From Octopus sinensis (Eukaryota): DNA of 64,000 bases. A model generated the notes under the pieces. That model saw only the letters and a list, made by a program, of their open reading frames with translations. It was not told the DNA's origin and did not search any database. Position 1 is the stretch's first letter. Every line of letters starts with the position of its first letter. Below, piece after piece: positions 52,589 to 64,000 of this stretch. The stretch lies in assembly GCF_006345805.1 (NCBI RefSeq), contig NC_043000.1, positions 19,778,001-19,842,000 on the forward strand, written 5' to 3'. Both the position numbers and the translations under genes were made by a program.

Positions 52589-53627
52589 ATCATCATCATT
52601 TAACGTCCATTGTCCATACTGGCACGGGTTGGACAGTTTGACTAGGGCTGGCAAGCTGGAAGGCTGCACCAGACTTAAGTCTGATTTGGCATAGTTTCTA
52701 CAGCTGAATGCCCTTCCTAATGCCAACCACTCAGAGAATGTAATGGGTGCTTTTATGTGCCACTGGTATCTGCCACAACTGTGATTTTACTTGGCTTGAA
52801 TGGTCTTCTTCTCAAGCATGACATAATGCCAAAGATCTTGGTCATTACCTCCATGAGGCCCAACACTCAAAAGGAGCTTTTCATCGGCCACTTAGCCTCT
52901 GTGAGGTCCAACGCTCGAAAGATGCTTTTTACATGCCACTGGCATGGGTGCCAGTTACGTGGCACCAGCATCAGCCACAACTATGATTTCTCTTGGCTTG
53001 ATGGGTCTTTTCAAGCACAACATATCGCCAAAGGTTTCAGTCACTAGTCACTGCCTCTGTGAGGCCCAAAGTTTGAGGATCATACTTCACCACCTACTCT
53101 ACCACAGGTTCTCTCCATAGTTAGAGATCGGCACTTATTTACACAGCTATCATCGTCCATGTGCATCACATGACCATACCAGTACAGTTGTCTTTCTTGC
53201 ACACCAAATCTGATACCTCTTATGTCCAACTTTTCTCTCAAGATGCTTACACTCTGTCAAGCATGCACACTGACATTGCACATCCAGCAAAGCATACCAG
53301 CTTCCTTTCTTTCAAGCTTACACATGTCCTCAGCTGCCACAGCCCATGTTTCACTGCCATGTAGCATAGCTGTTCACACACAGACATCATACAATCTGCC
53401 TTTCACTCTGAGAGAGAGGCCCTTTGTTGCCAGCAGGGGCAGGAGCTCTCTGAACTCTGCCCAGCCTAATCTTATTCTCAAAGCTACAATCTTGGAGAAT
53501 CCATCACTGCTACTAACTTGGTCACCTAGACAACAGAAGCTATCAACTAGCTCTAGCTTATCTCGCTGGCAGTTGATGGAGTCTATTTTCTGTACATTTT
53601 CAGTGTTTATCGTGCCTGTGCATCTCC
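52589..53627 (-). mobile_element. 5'-truncated RTE-clade LINE (decayed ORF2 C-terminus, 3' UTR, (GAT)n tail)
   Basis: Minus translation LELVDSFCCLGD..RIRLGWAEFRELLPLL..KGRLYDVCV*TAMLHGSETW..WYGHVMHM, continuous with the 3' UTR shared by many short copies. Confidence 0.9.
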
Positions 53628-53658
<31 letters not shown>

Positions 53659-53763
53659 ATAAAAAAACATTTATCAGAAAAAGCACACTCTAAAGAATTT
53701 CTCGTTTTCCAAGCGTTTCCTTACATCAGTGATGTAGAAATTTTTAAATTTTTGTCTTTTTAT

Positions 53764-53829
53764 ATAGAGTCTGACGAGCTGTCCACAAGGCTTTAAGCTT
53801 TGTGGATGTGAAACCTTGGGTAACTCTAT
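53764..53829 (+). ncRNA. Type I hammerhead ribozyme in a Penelope-like terminal repeat
   Basis: Stem I ATAGAGT/ACTCTAT; core CTGACGA (53771-53777); long stem II (53778-53809); GAAA (53810-53813); minimal stem III CC/GG; GTA cleavage triplet (53820-53822). Confidence 0.8.
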
Positions 53830-54016
53830 GTCCAAGATATAAAATTTTGTTGTAAAATATATATATATATATATGAAAGATAATGGTGTCATTGAGACCC
53901 AGAGGAGTCAGGTAAAGCTGAATAAGTGCTATAGATGGATTGCAGTTAAGTTCCAGGTTCAGTGATTATGTAAATAAGGGGTTCAACATTGGTCATATGT
54001 CAGCGTGTGTATATAA

Positions 54017-54244
54017 AAATTTTATTTCGTAATGAGATAAAAAACCTAGGCTGTGTAGATTTTAGAACATTTATAGATAGAAGGTCTTACAGCTGTTTCT
54101 AGGATATTTTTTATATCCCTTCATTGGAGACGGTGTGAGAGGATGGTTAAGAAATAAAATATCCTGGAAACAGCTGTAAGACCTATCTATAAATGTTCTA
54201 AAATCTACACAGCCTTGGTTTTTATCTCATTATGAAATAAAATT

Positions 54245-54245
<1 letters not shown>
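54017..54245. repeat. ~90-bp-arm inverted repeat (Penelope-like inverted partial terminal repeat)
   Basis: Arms at about 54017-54110 and 54156-54245. Confidence 0.8.
54083..54131 (-). ncRNA. Degenerate minimal hammerhead ribozyme
   Basis: GTCT-CCAATGA (vs CTGATGA)-GGGATAT/ATATCCT stem II-GAAA-CAGCTG palindromic stem III-TA-AGAC; core mutated. Confidence 0.5.
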
Positions 54246-54284
<39 letters not shown>

Positions 54285-55625
54285 TGTGCTTCGGCAATGT
54301 GTGTGTGTGTATATGTATATATGCATAAATGTATTTGCATTTATATATATCTATTTTATTGCTTTATATTTATTTTACAAGCATGCACAGCTTAGGTGTG
54401 GTTCACTAATTTGTACATTCAAATGCATAATGAGATATGCATACTCAAATGATTGGTTAAAACAGTTCCTCTTTTGTAACATCCTATTGCTGATGGTGCA
54501 ATCCAACACCTCTTCACTATCTTCTCTCTCTCTCTCTCTCTATCTCTATCTATCTATCTATCTATCTATCTCCCTCTCTCTCTCTCTCTTTCTTTCTTTC
54601 CTCTGACTGGGGCAGCCTCTAAAACAAGATACCCATTTCTGTCCCTCTATTATGGTTTAACCTCTCATCACCTGGCACAAAGCCACCTCCCTTAATACTA
54701 CCCACCCCTTCTCAGATGAGGGATCTTTGTCTTGTTAATTACCCGGTAACCTTACCAGTGCTGGGGTCACATTAAAAAGCATCCCATACACTCCATAAAA
54801 TGGTTGATGTTAGGAAGAGCATACAGCCATAGAAAACTTACCAAAGCAGAGAGTAGGGCTCAGTGCAATCCTCTGGTTTGTCAGCTCCTGCGAAATCGTA
54901 CAATCCATACAAGCATGGAAAACAAACTTAAAATGATGATGATGATGATGATGTAATGATACTGTATATTCTGGTAAGAGAAAATTAGCTTTTACACTGA
55001 TCTGTTTCAAATGAAATTACTAAGTGAATCCACTCAGCTTATTTGTCAGGAATGTGGAATTAGTAAATCCAAAAACTTAATTTCCAGTAATGCATCAGTG
55101 TGAATAATACTGTGTAATAAATTTTTCTCTTTGTCTTTGGCCATTAAGTGTTATTTCCTTTTTGCTTCTATCTAAAAATCAAAGGAAATGACTACTTTTC
55201 CCTTCAAACTTTGCTTTTGTGACCTGGACATGAATGTTTTGAGACTGACCTATTTTCCATTACATTTCAGAAAGATTCAGCACTGAGTTGCTGAAGCAGA
55301 AATATTGCTATAGTAAATATTCTGCTCAATAGCGCAGATTTGCTTGTCAGTTGCTTGACGTTAACAACTTGAGTATATCCTTAGTGGCTGACAATATGTG
55401 CCTCTCTGATCATGAGCAGGAGTAGTGCAGGAGCATCAGAGCCATGTGTTGAGTGGGATTCTTTGGGGTTTGAATAGATGTAACAAAAACAAAGTTTGAA
55501 AGAAATATTAGCCCTTTTTCATACTTTCTAAGGATAAGCAAATAAGAAATAACAGCTGCTATCCAAGGACAAAAATTGTTACACAGTGAAATGAGTAGTT
55601 TTTAAGCTGGTTATACTTCCTAATA

Positions 55626-55942
55626 AAAACAATAAATGTCGCCCTTTTCAAACCTAGCCAGGCTCATGGGCCCAGTTTCCCGGTTTCTGTGGCATATGTA
55701 TTCTCCCCAGCTGGACAGGATGCCAGTCCATCACAGCGTTACTCAAGAAACAGGAAGAGAGAGTGAGAGAAAGTTGTGGCAAAAGAGTACAACAGGGGTC
55801 GCCACCACCCCCTGCCAGAGCCTCGTGGAGCTTTTAGGTGTTTTCGCTCAATAAATACACACAACACCCGGTCTGGGAATCGAAACGGCGATACTCCGAC
55901 CGCTAGTCCACTGCCCTAACCACTGGGCCATTGCGCCTCCAC
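55626..55942 (-). mobile_element. SINE with family-C head and family-D-like tail
   Basis: 14-bp TSD TATACTTCCTAATA at 55612-55625 and 55943-55956. Confidence 0.85.
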
Positions 55943-56771
55943 TATACTTCCTAATACTAATGAGTAATTGTGATGAAACAGCAAAACCTGTTACCAACTA
56001 AGTAGAGGCTTATGTGGAAGCTCCACTTCAACAAGAAACTTGCTTTGCCTTCTCTTTTCTACTCCTTATTCTCTTTGCATAAAGTTCTCGCTCCCCACTC
56101 AATGTACATAATCTTACAAGCTGTATGGCAATCTCACTAGTGCAGGTGACATGAAATAAAGCACCCAGTATACACAGTTAAGTGGTTGGCATTAGGAAAG
56201 GCATCCAGCTGTAAAAGCCATGCCAAAAAGACACTGGAGCAAGATGTAATCCTTGGCACCAGCAGAGTCTGTCTAACTATCCAATGCATGCCAGCATGAG
56301 ACATGGATGTTAAATGATGATTATGATGATGGTGTATATGAGCAGTACTCTTCTTCAATATTATACTGATTTCTCCACCTACTCCTTCTCTCCCTCTATC
56401 CTCATCATCATCATCATTGTTTAAGATCCACCTTCCATGCTGGCATGGGTTGGACGGTCTGACAGGAGCCGCTCAGACAGAAGACTACGCCAGACTTATG
56501 TGTCTGTTTTGGCAGGGTTTTTACAGCTGGATGCCCTTCCTAACACCAACCACCACACAGAGTAGACTGAGTGCTTTTTACATGGTACCAGCACCAGCAA
56601 GTTCAGTTTTGGCAAGGTTTTTACAGTTGGATACCCTTCCAAAATGCCAACCACTTTACAGTGTGGACTGGATGCTTTTTATGAGACACCAACACTGACA
56701 GGGTCACCAAGTAACTTGCAAGACAAGGAATCTTTGAGAGGGGAGGGGGCATTGGAGGAGGTGATCTTGTG

Positions 56772-56973
56772 CCAGATGATGAAAGGTTAGAGAGCGACAG
56801 AGAGGCAGAAACAGGTGTCTTGCTGTAGAGGAAGTACATGGTTACTGAAAGGTTAGAGAGAGACAGAGAAGCAGAAACAGGTGTCTTGCTGTAGACGAGG
56901 TACATGGTTACCTCCTCTACAGCAAAACACCTGTTTCTGCTTCTCTGTCTCTCTCTAACCTTTCATCATCTGG
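56772..56973. repeat. ~66-bp tandem duplication followed by an inverted copy
   Basis: Copies at 56772-56845 and 56846-56911; reverse complement at 56912-56973. Confidence 0.88.
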
Positions 56974-57521
56974 ACGGGACACCAGAAACAGAAAGAGAGA
57001 GTGAGAGAAAGTTGTGGCGAAAGAGTACAACAGGGGTTGCCACCCCCAGCTCCCACCAGAGCCTCGTGGAGCTTTTCTTCCTTGCAATGTAAAATTTACC
57101 CCACTATTAGAACTGTATTCATAATCATTGTATGCATTTTTTTTTTTTTTATAAAAATGTACTGAACAAGGCAAGAAGTCATTTAGTGTAAGGGACTATG
57201 AAGAAGGAGAAATCAAGACAAAAGGAATGACACATCAGTTCAAACAACAGGACATGTTTGTGATGTGGTAGAGCACCTGTTCTTGTTCCCTGTTGTGTCA
57301 CGTGGAACAGATGATAAAAGTACTTATAACCACCTAATTCAAGCAGTATTTTTGTCCTTAAAAGCTATAAATAAAGTGATACTATGATGGGCAAGACTGA
57401 AAGGTTTGAGATCAAGATTTTTGTTTGTTTATTTGTTTTTGATCTTTCTATCAAATCTCTCGCCCACTTTCTCCAGTATTATTTGAAAAAAGAGAAGTTC
57501 TGACTGCTATTATCATCAGTG

Positions 57522-57548
57522 TTAGGGTTAGGGTTAGGTTTAGGGTTA
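57522..57548 (+). repeat. Interstitial telomeric repeat (TTAGGG)4.5
   Basis: TTAGGG TTAGGG TTAGGT TTAGGG TTA. Confidence 0.8.
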
Positions 57549-58639
57549 TCATCATTTAATTCCCATTTTCAATGCTGGTATGGGGTAGATGGGTTGACAG
57601 GTTCTGGCAAGTCATAGCGCTGCATTGTGCTCCATGTCAGCACTGACATGGTTTTTACAGCTGGATGTCCTTCAACTTAACAGTGTGTACTGGGCGCTTG
57701 TTCATGCCACTGGCACTAGTAGAGTTGCCAAGTCACTTACAAGATGGGAAAAAAACAAGAAAAGGGAAAAGTCATTTCAACTAAGTGGGGGCAGTATTTG
57801 AGAGGATGGAGAAGGGAATTTACACCATGGACAAGCAGAAGTAGAGGTGTCTTGCTATAGAAAAGATATATGGCTACTCCATGTTTATATAAGAGTGGTT
57901 GGGAGTACTTATCATGCAAAGTGAATGAGAGTGAATAGATGAGCCAAATCTTATTTATAGCTTAACAAGCATAACATGGCACTTGCCTTCATAATGAGAG
58001 CAACTGGGGTTTATGTGGGGTGAACTGGTTGTCCTTGTGTGGCTTTTCCCTCTTGAATGTTAATATTCCTTTCTAGTATAGGCACAAGGGCTGAAATTTC
58101 AGTGAGAAGGGAATAAGTCGATTACATTGCCCCCATTGCTCAAATGGCACTAATTTTATTGGCCCCAAAAAGATGAAAGGCAAAGCGAACCTCAGCAGAA
58201 TTTAAACTCAGAACATAAAGACAGATGAAATGTTACAAAGCATTTTGCCCAACATGATAATGATTCTGCCAGCTCACTGCCTTTTTTGTATTTTAATATT
58301 GCAATGCATTTGTAGTTTTCCTTATCACCTAATGTAACCTCCCATTCTGTGTATTTGGGTGTTTCATCTTTGTAGTACCTCTTCTTTCAGGGCTCAATGC
58401 ATATAAAGAAATGCTTGTTATTGTTACAAAGACTGCATAGTATCAGAAATGATAGAGCAACAGAATAAATGCCCAATAGTATTTACATCTGTATTTATTT
58501 ATTCTGAGTTAAAATCCCACTGAGATTGACTTTGCCTTTCATCTCCTCCGGGGAGATAACACAAATACCAGTTATGTACTGCAGTCAACTGAATTAACCG
58601 TATTTCTACACCACGATGTTTGTATTGTGTAAACGTAGG

Positions 58640-59220
58640 AAATTGTCATCGACATCGTCATCACTGTCATCGGTGCTGTCACTGTCACTATTATCACCAT
58701 CATCACCATCATCATCATCATCATTAAAAAGAACAACAATAACAAAAACAACAACTCTTTTTCTTGATCTTTCCCTCTTTGCTTTTTTTTTTTTGTTTGT
58801 TTCTTCGTTGGTACAAGATTGTATCACAGTGTTTGTGGTCACCATCTCAGTCACAAATGAAGAATGAAATAGTAATTAGAGTAACAACAACAACAACACA
58901 GATGATTGCTATTACTGTTACTGCTAATAAAAATCATTTTAGTAGTGGTATTATTAGTAATAATAGTAAGAATAGAAGTAACAACAACTATAATAATAAT
59001 AATAAATTATTGTTATTATTACTGCAAATAATAATAATTATCATTACGATTAAAAATATTATCATTATCATTATTAATAACAATATTAATATTATTAATA
59101 TTATTATTAATCGTAGTAGTAATTATTAATAATAATTAATATTATCATTATAGTAGTAGTAATTGTAGTAATAAAATAACAACAATAATAACAATAACAA
59201 CAATAACAACAACAACCATT
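58640..59220. repeat. Trinucleotide low-complexity block ((CAT)n, (AAT)n, (AAC)n)
   Basis: Direct reading. Confidence 0.85.
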
Positions 59221-59392
59221 TGAATTGCTGTTAAAATGTACAAAAAAATAACACCCTCTGTTGTCGTCGTGCACAGCAAAAACACACATATCCAAGCAGG
59301 CGGCCATTCTTATGATGCATGTTGTGTGGAACTATTCATCTTCGCTGCTATGGTTTTACACCTGCTGGATGGTGATAGATACCAGTGAATAC

Positions 59393-59680
59393 TTTATTGT
59401 TAACTTCACTTGACATACTAAACAAGTAGCACATTAACTGCATTCCCTGTAGCTGTCTACCTACCCAGCCATCCACTTTATTGGCATCTGAACAGGCTGG
59501 TTAGCTGGGGTAGATTGTCTGTCTGTTTGTTTGTGTGGTGGCTGGTTTGGTGTCTAGATCGTGATTTACTTCTGTGGTAAGCAGCAGTAGGGTGGAGAGG
59601 AGACACAGGCAGCAGGAAACTAGCTGATCCTTCTGAACAAGCATGACATTTCATTTCGACATTTCTCGGTAACATACCAG
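59393..59680 (-). other. Putative TTC7 3' UTR and poly(A) signals
   Basis: Minus-strand AATAAA at 59477-59482 and 59393-59398 downstream of the stop; TG/T-rich sequence further downstream. Confidence 0.5.
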
Positions 59681-59813
59681 TCAGTGCAACAGGCGTGGAA
59701 TGACAGTGAATGGAATGATAGGACTGTTAGCTTCTAAGTCCATAGCAAATTGGAGACAGTCACTTGCAGCCTCATACTGACCGAGGCTGTGTAACACTTG
59801 ACCAAGACAGTAC
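59681..59813 (-). CDS. TTC7: Tetratricopeptide repeat protein 7 (TTC7A/B-like), last coding exon; upstream exons lie beyond the window
   Basis: Strong acceptor ttttttcctttctttttttcttatacctag|G, then (W)YCLGQVLHSLGQYEAASDCLQFAMDLEANSPIIPFTVIPRLLH*. This matches the recalled TTC7 C-terminal TPR and tail (W.LG.VL..G...AA.EC..ALELEA.SP..PF.IIPR.L). Confidence 0.9.
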
Positions 59814-60558
59814 CTAGGTATAAGAAAAAAAGAAAGGAAAAAATATGAAGATAATTCAAATAATCAAGATGAAGAAAAGATGAGAAGATAGCTCAAGGGG
59901 AAAGAAACTGATATCAGATTAACATGTGAAAATATTTATAGAGAAAGATAGAATTAACATGTCCTGACAGTCACACATCAGTTCACACAATATGTCCTAA
60001 TTGCCACATAACACCATACATAACCCATTACATGATATACTTTGACTGTCACACAACACACCACCTAATTATTACACTACCAACAACAAATACCCTGTCT
60101 TCTGCACTATCACCTGACTGTCACATTATACACCACCTCCTGACACTCACACTACATGTTCTGACTGCCACACTACACTCTGTCAAATTACATGTCTTGA
60201 CAACCATAATTACACCATACAATGTCCTGCTTGTTATGCTAGATACCATGTCGGACAACTGTACTACATCCTGCGCAACAAGTCCTAACTACCAAATTAC
60301 ACAACATGCAACGTGTTTTCATTACTATATTTTATCACAGGCATTAGCCCTGGCTATCACACAACAACCTGTACAATATACACTTTAATATTGTTTTGCT
60401 AGTCTGGTTGTTGTGTAATTAAATGTTGTAGTATATATATATTATCTGCTATAGATAAAGCTCAGTAAAGATATACTATGTAGGTTGTAGTGTGGTAGCC
60501 AGAACAAGTATAGTGTGTATTGTGGCAGTTAAGCCATGTGTGAGGTGAAACCTAGGGT

Positions 60559-60895
60559 AAAGATCCCCTTCAGTCATGACTGACCATAGGATTGCACCTA
60601 GTAAGTTATCTTCTGTGGCACAAGTCCGGGCAAGGTTGTTTATGGAAGACCAGCAGTTGCCCATACATACTAGCCTCCCCTCTCCATGCCACCTATGTTA
60701 TCCAAGGGAAAGACAAAGGCTGATATAACTTGGCACCAGTGATGTCGCAACTCATTTCTACAGATGAGTCAACTGAAGCAACATGAAATAAAGTAACTTG
60801 CTTAAGAGCACAACACACAGCCTGGTTGGGGAACCAAACGCACTACCTCATGATTGTAAGCCCAATGCTCTAACTACTGAGCCATGCACCTTCAC
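60559..60895 (-). mobile_element. SINE family E
   Basis: Aligns by eye with 24604-24940. Confidence 0.8.
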
Positions 60896-63800
60896 AAGGG
60901 GTAACCTAGTAGTTCTGTTTTACAGCAGAACATTAACCAATAATAAATACCAGCACAGTAGTTTCAAATTTTGGCACAAAGCCAGCAAGTTTGGGGCACA
61001 GTAGGTCTAGTGGTAGAAAAAAGTAATTCTTTTAAGGCTCAAAGTTATTTGATAGTAGAAATATATATTGAGTCAGCAAAATAATTTATGCTAAAAGCTT
61101 AATTTTTCAGAATTTTATGCTCCAATGAAATTGCAGAATTTTTACATAGCAGAATGTTGCTCTGCGGGGGAGGAGGTAAGTTGATTGCATCAACCCCAGT
61201 ACTCGACTGGTACTTATTTTATTGACCCCCAAAAAAATGAAAAGTAAAGTTGGCCTCAGTGGAATTTGAACTCAGAATGTAAAAATGGACAAAATGCCGC
61301 TAAGCTTTTTGCCTGGCATGCTAACAAATCTGCCAGCTCACTGATTTAATAAATACTAGCATATTGACAATTATTTGAAATGGTTGAGAGTACACTCTGA
61401 TATTATAGTACTTCACTATGAAGAAACTGCATCTGGAGGCAAAGAAAAAGATTCAAGTCATTTTCTGTCTCCCCCACAGTTATACCAGGCTGGCATATAT
61501 ACACTCTTGTGGATGAAAGAGATAACAGATTTTTTTTCTCTCTCTTTCTCTCTGCGTACTAACCACCTTAACATTAATAGTATCTTCTAAACAATCAAGT
61601 ATCACACAGTTCAGTTAATTTGTCAATGGTAGAGGTAAGAAATATTGCTTGTTGTCAATTTCCTACAAAGTACAAAGTATTAACAAATTAAATTCAGGAA
61701 GCATTAAAAAAGTAAGTAGAAATAATTATGCAGTAGGTAAAAAAACAATATTAGTCTCTGACAAAAATTATCTTGACTATTTTTTGTCACATTCAGAGAC
61801 AACTTCAAACATGTTTCAATCTTAATATAGCCTCTTCAGTAAAGCATAAACTTCACTGCACTAGCCAAAATAGCAAGAAGATTAATATATACACAAGGTT
61901 ACAATTTGTATACACTAGTTGATGTAGAAAACTGAAGCTGTTTAGATAATAAATAAGGCAGAGATACCATTTACATGGAAAATAATAATCAAGTGATTTT
62001 GATAACAATCGAATCATATTTAATTCAGGGCTCTCTACACTACAGTCTTTCAATTCTGGTGTACCCTAAACTTTATTTATGTCTCCTACATTCTTCCTTC
62101 TTTACATTACTGACATATTTACTTTCACACCTAGGCAGCCAAAAACACTCTTCACTCAACCATAACATTTTGCACACAGGTTCACACAACACTGAAAACT
62201 CCATAAAAAGAAAAGTACTACAGAGACCTTGGAATATTGTTCAATGAAGCCATGACAATTTAGTCACTTTCAACAGTGCAAAAATATAATTGCTACATTT
62301 GTCAATGAAACATCCTGTTTATAGATAAATAACATACAGCTAATGTCTTAAAAGTTTCTAGAAATCCTAAGCCTTACAATATGTGAATATCTCTCCTGTC
62401 AACCACATATCTATAATATTGTCAAATTTACATTCCAAAGTCCAGGCTTCTTCTTTGGAGAACATAAAATAAAGCGTCAGTTGCTGACCTTATATAAACT
62501 ACGTTAGCCACTTACACTGGCGTACTGCTCACTCCTTATGAGATGACAATAATGTAACACACATGCACACACACATGCACACGTGCACACACACACACAC
62601 ACACACACGCGCACACACACACACACACCACACACACACACACACACACGCACAAACACACACACGCAAGTATCTCGAACCAAATCTCAAAAAAATAAAT
62701 GGCCATTTGGCAGCTTGACAATGATTCATCAACTCAATAACCACTGATTCCTAGATGTGTTATATGTATCTTCTCTCTGTCTTTTTCACCACTACCATTA
62801 ACAACAATCTCTGTTTCACCAAAGTTTACATGCTGATTAACCTAGCTCCATCTTTGATCATCAGTCCTACTGTGTTTTACCATAAATATCACACTAATTA
62901 CTTTTTTCAATCATTCCTCTATCAGAGCTGCAGCTCTTCTTAATATCATCTTTTCTTGTTTTATCCCTAGAGGCATCATTCAACAGAAGGTCAAGCTGAA
63001 CAAAAACCACATAAATATTATCAGCTTAGGGATACCCAAGCTGAGTCAGGAGTGTTTTCTCAACTCTCCTAAGCAGCTACTGGTCTTGTATACACCCAGT
63101 CAGCTCTTGAGTAGTTAACCAATCAAACAAAACATTTACCTAGTGCATGTAGTTATCATCATCTTGTCTTTATTGTCAACATGTTGTCTTAAAATATAGG
63201 TCTTAAAACATGTAGTCTAATTTTATGATGGCATGTCATAATACTGCAGAAAATTTAAACTGACATATTAAGCAGATCAAGTTATCCTGAAAATCCCGCC
63301 TCCTGTCTTTTACAGTCTCATTAACATGAGAAGATATAGAGTTTAAGGCATATATAACAGAAACCAAACTGAAAGCATAAACAACAAAAGTTAAAGTATA
63401 AGTACTTGCATTTTAAGCTTAGTTGAATCAAGTGAAAAATGCTAGTGAAACACTTAAGTAGTGTGAAGAAAATCCTACTTAAGAGAGGTTTAGAGTTACT
63501 AACAACAGCTGTTTGCCAAAACGATGACAGCTTTGAAGTATTGAGCCAATTGGTTTTCTTCAAACAAATACTTTATTCTAGATGTATACTGAAATACTAA
63601 CTAAGAGGACACCAACTGAAACCATAAGATTGCCGTTATGATATGACCCTAGGATAGGTATATTGCTTGTTGTATGTACTAACTTTCAAACTTGGACAAG
63701 TCAAATTATTTGCATATTTATTATATATTTGTCTTGCCTTCAAATACCATAATTATCAATGCCATTCATAGCTACTGAGTACTAAATAAAATAAGACTCT

Positions 63801-64000
63801 ATAATAGAAATTTTCTGAAAAGGATCCTTCTAAACCCCTTAAATAATGAATAGTTAAATTGTGTCAGGTGAGATTTGAACTAAGGACTGTAAGACTAAGA
63901 TTTTGGATATTGTAAAGGATACAATTCAGTACTTGACTGAGATGGACATCGTCATTGCAATAAAAGAATTATGAATAACTACAAATGTCAAGTAATTTTG

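Noticed and set aside
59107-59311. ATGGCCGCC (YY1-like) start and 66-aa minus ORF
   Set aside because: Lies just downstream of the TTC7 stop and runs into (AAT/AAC)n; better explained as UTR or flank.
62516-62995. Minus-strand exon candidates 62902-62995 (LDLLLNDASRDK..) and 62516-62534
   Set aside because: They do not encode the expected penultimate TTC7 TPR (LAEK.LRDAV..W) and would not supply the TG of the split Trp codon; probably intronic chance signals.

Overview
Eukaryotic, AT-rich, repeat-dense genomic DNA; the SINE, RTE and Penelope-like repeat content suggests an octopod cephalopod (Octopus sp., inferred). Most ORFs in the supplied track are (TA)n/(CA)n artefacts or splice-blind fragments. 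Two genes are supported. (1) A complete spliced calmodulin gene on + (ATG | 6999-7029 | 7530-7673 | 7826-8068 | 8188-8216; 149 aa), with two alternative ATG-terminated leader exons (1235-1237, 6824-6826) and a long repeat-free putative 3' UTR. (2) The last coding exon of a TTC7 (TPR scaffold of the PI4KA complex) homologue on - (59681-59813), absent from the ORF track. The genes are convergent, which as I recall matches human CALM1-TTC7B and CALM2-TTC7A, so this may be an ancient microsyntenic pair. The ~47 kb between them holds tRNA-derived SINEs (several with clean TSDs), RTE and CR1 LINE fragments, mariner/maT deletion derivatives, Helitron, hAT and TTAA MITEs, and Penelope-like termini. 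It also contains a hammerhead ribozyme with an intact core (53764-53829), a tRNA-Val/RTE-tail chimera, an ~880-bp quasi-palindrome and an interstitial telomeric tract. No CRISPR, rRNA or prokaryotic features. Repeat family names come from motif recognition, not database searches; repeat boundaries are approximate unless TSDs or TIRs are quoted.
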